Shown here one piece after another: positions 50,801 through 60,400 of a DNA stretch of 64,000 bases (positions within the stretch are counted from its first letter, which is position 1; every line of letters starts with the position of its first letter). Below the pieces are notes generated by a model, which worked only from the letters and a program-made list of their open reading frames with translations, was not told the origin of the DNA and searched no databases. The position numbers and the translations under genes were made by a program. Source of the DNA: Eledone cirrhosa (lineage: Eukaryota); assembly GCA_964016885.1 (NCBI GenBank), contig OZ024742.1, positions 318,680,001 through 318,744,000 on the forward strand, written 5' to 3'.

Positions 50801-53800
50801 TTGCTATGCAGTGTCTCATTAGCGGGCCACATTGCTATGCAGTGTCTTGTTGGTGGGCCACTTAGCTATGCAGTGTCTCATTGGTGGGCCACATTGCTAT
50901 GCAGTGTCTCATTGGTGGACCACATAGCTATGCAGTGTCGCGTTGGTAGACCACATAGCTATGCAGTGTCGCGTTGGTGGGCCACTTAGCTATGCAGTGT
51001 CTTGTTGGCAGGCCATGATATCAAAATATAATAAATTTCCTTGACCTCAGACTGCTCTGTCGAGAAGGCTACCTTAATCCCACAGGATTTAAAGAAGAAC
51101 AATGAATTTTATGTGATATTACTTTAATGACATTCCTTACTACAAATAAAATAGAAGCAGGAATGGTGAATTGTTTAATGATATATTTGTTTTTGCCTGT
51201 CATTGGACAGCTTCTCTACATCTGGTGAAATATTTGTCGAGGACAGGAGTAGAACGTTGTGTAGATGCTTTATTTTGAGGATGAAACGAATTAACTGTAT
51301 GCCAGACATGATTTGTTTTTAGGTAAGTCTGGGTCATTCCACATTCCTGCTATTCACATACTATGTATGCACATATATACACACACATTCCCCTTGATCT
51401 CAATGTCCGACAATTCTATCTGTCTGAGTTTGATTGTTATTGTCATGCAAAAAATTATATTCAATTAAGTAAGTCTTGTGGTTAGACGTGTTCTATAGCC
51501 GGTTTTCTAATCCAAAATAATTCAGAGCACTTTTTCAGGGATCGCTTAGCCTAAGATTGAACCCTGTTGGCGGGCTGGACAAAAATTCGTGGTCCAGATG
51601 TGGCCAGGAGTTGCTGATCCCTGCTGTAAGTTGTTAATGATGGAAACACAAAAAATGGTTGAGCACTTAGTGACTCAGAGCACAGTCTGTTGCATGGTTG
51701 ATTGCTGATACAGGTCAAAGATACAGCACATTACCCTGTCTCTGAATCAAATCCTTGAGCTTATGATTGTGAGCCCAATACCCTAACCTCTAGGCCATAC
51801 ATCTTCATTTCTAAAGGTAAAAAATACAAAAACAACAAAAAACAAACAAAAAAAGAGAAGAAAAAGTGTTCTCAATCTTACATAACAGCTCGTTTGTTGG
51901 ACAGATTCACTGGCATGGAATTTAATGCCTCTGTACCATCTTTTGTCAGATATCCATCATCTAGAAATTCTTCAGACTCTAACTTCTGCATGATTTCCGC
52001 CACGGTTGTATTTTGTCGGATCCTCACAGTTTTATACATCAAAGATTTGGATCGGAAAGTTTTCTTTCTTTTCATGGTTCCAGCATTGGACCTGGATCTT
52101 GTTCCTTCCCGGATTATTGCAAGTTCAGTCACTGAAAAAAAATGTTCAAAATAAATAATGTTGTAGAGGTACTATGAATGTGAGGTTAACGCTTCCAATT
52201 CCAGCCTGCTCTCTGGTTCTATCATACAAAACATCCCATTTTATGTCCATGTTTAAATTAAAACCTATCATAATTTTACATAAAAACTTTAAGTTATGTC
52301 CCAAACACAGTCACTGAAAATAGTTTTAAACAATTTGCGGGGCTTGAGATCTTGCTAGAAACAAAAGGGTGATGTCATGTGAGCAAAATTAGGAGCAACA
52401 TGGTGTATTTTTTTTAATCATTTGTACATGATAAAGCCTGTATGCTCCGTAAAGTGGCCAGTAATAGGAAAGCCATCCAGCCTAAGAAAATCTGCTAAAC
52501 AAAGGGTAAGGAGGACTCTTCAGTTGTGTTAAAACCATGACAAACTTCCTAGTACTGGTGCCATGACAAAATGCATTTGGTGGAGATGTGGGTTTCTGAG
52601 AAGTCAGTAGCTCTGCTTTAGTGTTAACTTGATCTGTGACCACTTCTCGAACCTTTACTAGCAGGGAGAATGGACGTTAAATGATGATGATGATGATGCT
52701 GACTAGGTCTTTGGATTTTAAGCAATAACATCTGTTAATTTGCTGTTTCATATGGTTCTGAATATACACTTTAATGTCAAAATATGTTATTGCAGGTGAG
52801 AGGTGCCAACTGTCTGACCAACAAGCTCGCTAGAGTTAGTAACATGATAAAATGCACCCAGCATACTCTGTAAAGTGGTAAGCGATTGAACAGAGATAAT
52901 ATAAGGTAGAAAGGACTCTCCAAGCTTGCCAAGTACATGACAACCTTCCTAGTGCTAGTGCCATGATAAAATGCACCCAGTAAACTCTGTGAAATGGTTG
53001 TGTTGGTGCCACAATAAAATGCTCCCATTTTATTCTGGTTGGCTTTAAGAAGGTCATCCAGCCATGGAAACTACACTAAGGTATGACATGTATGAGCCAC
53101 ATGTTGTTATCCAAACTGTCTATTCTGTCACAGTGATGACTGGTCCTATGCTAACATAGAAAAACAGGTGTATGATTATAATATTGGTGAATGTTTAACA
53201 TTAACATCATTGGTATTAGATATGCATAAGAAATAGTGAATAAGTTGATCTTTTATGCGGCATATATGTACACAGACTTTGTCAAATTGGACTAAGGGAA
53301 CAATGTTTTCATTGGTCTTTCTAGTTGCTAATACTATCTACCAGTCGCAAATCCATGCAGAAGGAGCAACATGAAAAAGTGTCTTGCTCAAGGACACAAT
53401 GCATCGCCCAGTCCTGGAATCAAACTTACGACCTCACAATTGTGAATTCAATTCTCTAACTACTCAGCCACGCGCCTTCACTGTTGACATGTATACATAA
53501 GTGAGTGCATCATGTGAACAATACTCTGTATGTGCATGCGTATATGTATGTATGCATGCATGTGAAACTGTGCCTATGTACATGTATGTATGCATGCATG
53601 TGAAACTGTGCCTGTGTATATGTATGTATGCATGCATGTGAAACTGTGCCTATGTACATGTACATGTAAATAAAGAAATAAGAAAATTAAATCAAAATTA
53701 GAGTGTTCTTACTGAGTCTGTTGCTAGGAAGGTTCTGGATTAAGTACTCCTGGTAATTTTCTGATATTGAAGGTGAACTTAATGAGGAAGGTCCCATATT

Positions 53801-53894
53801 ATGAAGTTCATGGCTGTCTTCCCCCATGAACACCTCATCAGAGTAGCCACCATTGTCTGAGAAACAAAAAAAAAAAAATAAATACATGGTTCAT

Positions 53895-53927
<33 letters not shown>

Positions 53928-54439
53928 TAACAACAACAACCACCACCACCACCACCACCACCAACAGAAACAACAGCCGCCACCACCACCACCACCACCA
54001 GCAACAACAACAACAGTAACAACCACCACCACCACCACCACCAGCAACAACAGCTGGTGGCAGCAGCAATAACAACAACAACTGCAGCGACAACCACTAT
54101 TTTACAGCCGAATCCCCCTCCTGGTGCCTAGTCTTTTAGTCACCCCTCTTGACATACACAGATACAGTGTACCTATTATAAATTGCATTTTGAATAAACA
54201 AGAACAAATACACAACAGGGTATTTTTTCTTTAGGCTGAGTTTCCCTCATATATATATATATATATATATACATATGTGTGCATGTATGTGTACGTACGT
54301 ATGTATGTGTGTGTGTACATATATATATATATGTATATTATTATTGTTGTTGTCATTATTATTATTGTTTTGTTTTTTTTTCTCGTGCAATGGTCATACT
54401 CGATAACGAGGGGGCAGCCATCATGTATGTATGTATGTA

Positions 54440-54479
<40 letters not shown>

Positions 54480-57400
54480 CACATGTGTGTGTGTGTGTGC
54501 GCGCGCATGTGTGTGTGTGTGTGTGTTAGATGAGTTGTCACATTAGTTAGGTCACCATGTCTTGTTCATATGGAGCTGTATTTTGGGTTGGTTTTGATAA
54601 TAATAATAATGATAATAATGAAATTATTGTGTACAGTGCTCAGGTGCACTACAACTTATCAAAGGTGCATGTATAGTACATAGAATAATGTACAAATGTC
54701 AGGAAAATAAACAGTGTATGAGTCATGATATAATAACAATAACAATAATGAAATATTGTGCACAGTGCCCAGGTGCACCACAACCCATCAAAAAAGTGCA
54801 TGTACAGTACATAGGGCAATGCACAAACATCAGTAAAATGAACAGTGCACACATGTGTATGGAAGGGGCACATCAGGTGTAGTTTTGGCGTATTTCGGGA
54901 AGCATGAGTGTCTTAAAGGATGCAGTGTCTCGGCAGTAATGGTCTAACTGGTTTTTACCGCCTCCATTCTGATATCATCATCCTCGTTTAACGTCCACTT
55001 TCCACACTAGCATGGGTTAGACGGGAGTTGTCCCACTTGAGGCAAGGTTGGTTGGGTGACCGTGTCTCGCTCATATAGGACTATCTGGCAGGTTTTCTAC
55101 GACTGGCTGTCCTTCCTAATACCAACCACATTTACAGTGTGGAACTGGGAACTTTTTACTGTGTTACCTACACGGCCACATTTACGGCGTGGACTGTGTG
55201 TTTTTTTATATATATATATATATAATGAAGGAAGTGTGGTAAGGAACCAGATGGACCATAACGTGCCAGAGTACTCAATACTTAGGGTAGTAGAGTGGGT
55301 AATAGGAAAATGTTCAAGACCCCGACGGCAGAGCTCAAGCTGTTTCTGGACTCCAGAAACAGCCGTCAAAACGGCTTGAGCTCTGCCGTCGGGGTCTTGA
55401 AATATATATATATAAGACAGTTTATTTTACTGTTTATTCAGAATCTCCATGACTTATGGGAAGTGTCCTCAAAGTAGAGACCTGATCCAAATATATGCAA
55501 CAGAGTGATATGGGCTTGGTCCTTTCTCCATAGAAGAATGTAAGATATTTATTATGATTTTCAACACTTTCTACTTACTGACCAGTCATGCATAAAGAGA
55601 TACATCATCATAACTATCATTTTACTTTGCTTTCCATGTTGACAATAGTCGTATGGCTTGTCATGGTCTGAGCCAATCTTATTTGGAGTCTATACCTACC
55701 TAGATAAGTAAGGGGATCCCATCCTGCTCATATGTTCCAGTTTTGGTATAGTTCCAGTAGGTGGATGCCCTACATAACTAACCACTTTATAGAGTGTGTT
55801 GAGTGTATTTTATCATGGCAGCAGCACTAAAGAGGTGACCATAAGATGAAAGCATCCTCTCTACACTGTATTTATTTGTTGACCAACCACATAACAGTTG
55901 ATAAGTACTTTATTTTATCAACCATCATAATGATGAAAGGCGATTTAACTCAGCACATAAAAAAATATAACTATCTATATATATAAAACCGAGGATGTCT
56001 GTCTGTGTGTGTGTGTGAGTTTGAATCTCTAAAACTCGAGAAGTACCCAACCAATTTTTTTCAAACTTTACATGCGTATTACTTATGTTTCAGGGAGTAT
56101 TATGCACATAATAAATTCAAATTTTGATTCCCTAGGGCCCGCATTAGGTGAAAAACTGCGTTTTCCTTGAAATTGTAACTATGTATTAGTCAGTCTCTTC
56201 TTCATACCGTGAGCAAAGAAAATCCAACTTTTTTATGGCCTAGAGCCTGCATTAGGTGAAAAACTTAATTTTTTCAGCTTTTTATTTCCAGATCAATTTC
56301 AAAGTGGGTCAGAAATATGTCATGTACTACGACAAAGAGTATTAGATGGGGAAAAAGATATGATCCATCAACTTGCCTAAACTCTTATCTAAAAAAACTC
56401 TGATGACTGAATACTAAAATAAGTTTTAAAGAATGAAGATAGCTTTGCCCTAGTTGTCAAGAAGACATTTGGTAAAAAATGGAAACAAAATTGAAGGAAT
56501 AGGAAAAACGCAAATAATAATAATGGTGAATATAGGAAGAGGAATATTTCAATAAGATTTCTTCTCACCATTGCTCTTTGTGATTGCCATGATTCTACTA
56601 TCAATGGTCTTACAGGATACAGATATTGGCTACCAGATAAAAAAACAGAAGACCTAAGATCAATCATCAACTTTTCATGAATGATCTGAAGCGCTTTGGC
56701 AGGAATGAATCTCAGGTTGATTCACTGGTCAAAATTGTCCACTAGTGTTGTGGGAGAAATTGGGATATTGCAAAATATGCCACCCAGAGAGGTAGGCATG
56801 TACATACATTATGGTGGGATTGGGGTACCTGATGGAGAGCCGATTGGTGACTCTGAGGATAGTGGGGACAAATATCTGGACATTGTTGGAACTTCACAAA
56901 GTTCTAAATGAGAAGAAGAAAGGAAATGTGAACGAAGTCTAAATAAGTTAGGACTGCTACTGAAAACGAAACTGAATGGAAAGAATTTAATTACCACTAT
57001 CAATATCTGGGCTGTGCCAGTTATTAAATATGTGTCTATTTTGAATTTGACCAAAGAAGAAATAGAGAAGTTGGATAAGCAAATGCGTAAGAAAATGGTA
57101 GACAAATGGTGCATTACACCCAAAGGCAAATGTCATCAAGCTACGTATATCACAGAATATGGGAGGTTGAGGACTTGTATGTGTGAAAGATTGCATGGCT
57201 AACAAATGCACTAGTATTTGGTCAGTAATAAAGTAGAACTTTTAAGGCATGTTGCCAAAAGAAGAGGCCTATGCATTGAAACCATTGAGAGTAAAGAAAA
57301 TTACAGAGACTGCTGGCTGAGAAACTGAGCATAAGGGACATGGAATTATATGGTCAATTTGAAAGAGAAATGAAGGAAGTGAAAGTCGGATGTTTATGGA

Positions 57401-60400
57401 ATTGGTTGACAAAAGGTGATCTTAAGCGAGAGACAGTTTATTAAGAGCTGCTCAAGATAAAGCATTAAACACAAACGTTATAAGAAATATATATAACCCA
57501 GATGAAACAAATAAGTGTAGGTTATGTGGGAAGAAGGTGGAAAGTGTGGTATACACTGCCTGTGACATGCTTGCACAGAGGGAATATAAAAGGTGTCATG
57601 ATAAAGTGTGTTAACACCTCCATTGGTCTTTATGTAAGAAATATGGGTTTGAAACAACTGAGAAATAGTATCAGCACAAACCAGAGAAGGTCCTAGAAGA
57701 TCAGACTGTGAAACTCTTGTGAGACTTTATAATCCAAAGAGATAGAGTTCTTGAAAATAAAAGGCCAGACATAACTTTGGTGGAGAAAGGTACTGAAAGG
57801 AGGTGTTTGTTGATTGATGTAGTTTGTCCAGGAGACCATTACATTAATGGTAAAGAATGTGAGAAAATTGTAAAGTATGCAAACTTGAGTATAGATGTTA
57901 AGAGAATGTGGAATATGAAAGCAAGAGTTATATCAATTGTGATTGGAGCACTTGGGTCGATTACAGAAATTCCCAGAAATTACCCGATTTCCCACGGGAA
58001 TAAGCCGAAGCTGAAGCACATAGGCAATATGCCCCCATCCCCTCCCACTGCAAAGTGGTCGGGGAGGTGTCACAACAAAAAAGCACCCAGCCCACACTGT
58101 AAAGTGGATGTGTAGGCACCATGGAAAAAAAAGCACCCAGCACTCACTGTAAATGAGGTTTGTGTTAGGAAGGGGATCCAGCTGTAGAAATCAAGCCAAA
58201 ATCAGTTCCCGTATGAGCAAGACAAGGTCAGCCGACCTAACATTGCCCACAACAGGACAACCCGCCTAACCCATGCTAGCGTGGAAGAATCGACGTAAAA
58301 CGGTGATGATGATGATTACGACATTACACAGATCAACACTTTTTGAAACAACAATATCTGTGGAAAAGTATTGTATATCTTAGGTAATTTAATAGGGAGT
58401 CAAATGATCCAGTGTTAATAAGATCATCATTGTGTGCAAATGAATAATAATAACAATAATAATAATGACATGACCATCGAATGTGACCATTTTATTATGG
58501 CTAGAAAGCCTGACATTGTTGTCATAGAGAAGAATAACAAAGCATGTATTGTGGATATTGCTTCACTGTGGGACCACAGGGTGAATGAGATGGAAAGTGA
58601 GGAAGTTGAGAAATACTTGGAGCTAAAGAGAGAAATCAGAAAACTATGGAGAATCAGACATGCAGAAGTGGTACTGATTGTGGTTCGTTCACTGGGAGCA
58701 GTTAGTAAAAAGTAGGATGCATGGCTTGAGAAGCTGGTAATTGCCGCCAGGATGGGATTGTTGCAGAAATAAAGCTTTGCTAGGAACAGCAAGGATTTTA
58801 AGGAGGGTGTTGGAAAGTTAAAGGAGAAGGAATGACACAAGGGACCTTTGGCTATTGGTTATGGCTCACTCTTTTGGAATAGAGTCGGTATAACATCTAT
58901 CAGAGCAAAAGCGTTATGAGCAATAATAATAATAATTTTTTCGTACTTTAGCACAAGACTATAAATTTGTAAAGGACAGGTATTTTTCAATTAAAACTAC
59001 AGAAAAGAAGTCAATATACAATATACAATTGTCATAAAACATGACTGTATATAGGTAGCCATGTGCATGGTACACACTCAAATTTTGATGCAACTTTTCT
59101 ATTTTCAAACTATTTATATTTAACCCTTTTGTCACCATATTTCTAATGAAAGACAGTACTTATTATTTTCAATAGTCTGGAAGATGATAAAATATTTGGA
59201 GTGATTTAGTAATATAACTTTCTCATTATTAAGCTGATGTCATATTAACATGACAAAGGATCTTACATAAAACTATGAAGGGAGGTTTTTTTAGATAAAT
59301 CTAAACATCTTTAAAATGAACAGTTTTGTGTTGTAAAACCAATTGCAGCTTCAAGCAATTCAGTATCAAAAAGTGTAAAATTATTTCATAAACAAAGTTA
59401 CCATCACAAAATTAATTATAATTCATGTCTTTCCTAACATTTTAATCAGTTTGGGTCGTATTGTGTGGTAAGAAAGAAATATGTTTCAGCTGGCTAGTCA
59501 TTAACATAAGCATGTTTGGATAGCTATTAGGCTACAAAACCATTTTATTCTATTTTTATTTATAACCAATGCAAGCGTGGAAAAGCATATGTAAAAATGA
59601 TGAACCCGATTGGTGCAATGGTTTCATAGTTCAAACTTTTCCTATTGCTTTCCACTCTACTAGGCAATCTATAGAACAAACAAACATGTTAATGCAGTTA
59701 TAGAAGTAAAGTTTCGACTCAAGATATTAAACAAATGATCGCATAGTCTTAACCTTTTTGATACGAAGCCATCTAAAACTACCTCTGGTTCTACAATACA
59801 AAACTGTTTGTTTTAACCCTTTAGCATTTACATTACTCTATATTTACTATTGTATTTCCACGGTGAAGGCTTTACCTCACATAGCTATCACACATAATAT
59901 CGAATCTATGAGAATTTGATATTATTTTGAGAACAAACAAGCAGCCAGTTACAGATGGTTTGTGCAGAAAAAGGTGAGAGAATTCTGGCCAGTTATGGGT
60001 GGTTTAAATGCTAAAGGGTTAATGTGTTTAAAACCCTACCTTCATAATTTTATGTAAGAATTTTTTGTTAGCAAAGTTTATTATAAACTTGCTTCAAATT
60101 CTTGATTAGTGGTTATTTCATAAGAAATATGGTAAGGAACAATCTTCCTTTTTAAAGATATATTAAAAACTATAACCATCGTTTGTTTTTATTGTTGGAC
60201 ACCATGCTTTACAGCAAAGAGTTACGGCCCTTTATGGTCTGAGTTCAAATCCCGCTGAGGTTAACTTTGCCTTTCATCCTTACAGGGTTGATAAAATAAA
60301 GTACCAGTAATACACTGAGATAATTGCTGGCCTTGTCCCAAAAGTAGAAACAATTATTTTTGGTGATAATGGTGGTGGATTGGCAGTATCAATAGAGCAT

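Noticed and set aside
49284-50989. Cys/His/Trp-rich repeat ORFs
   Set aside because: Frames cycling through a 31-bp minisatellite; no splice or protein-family support.
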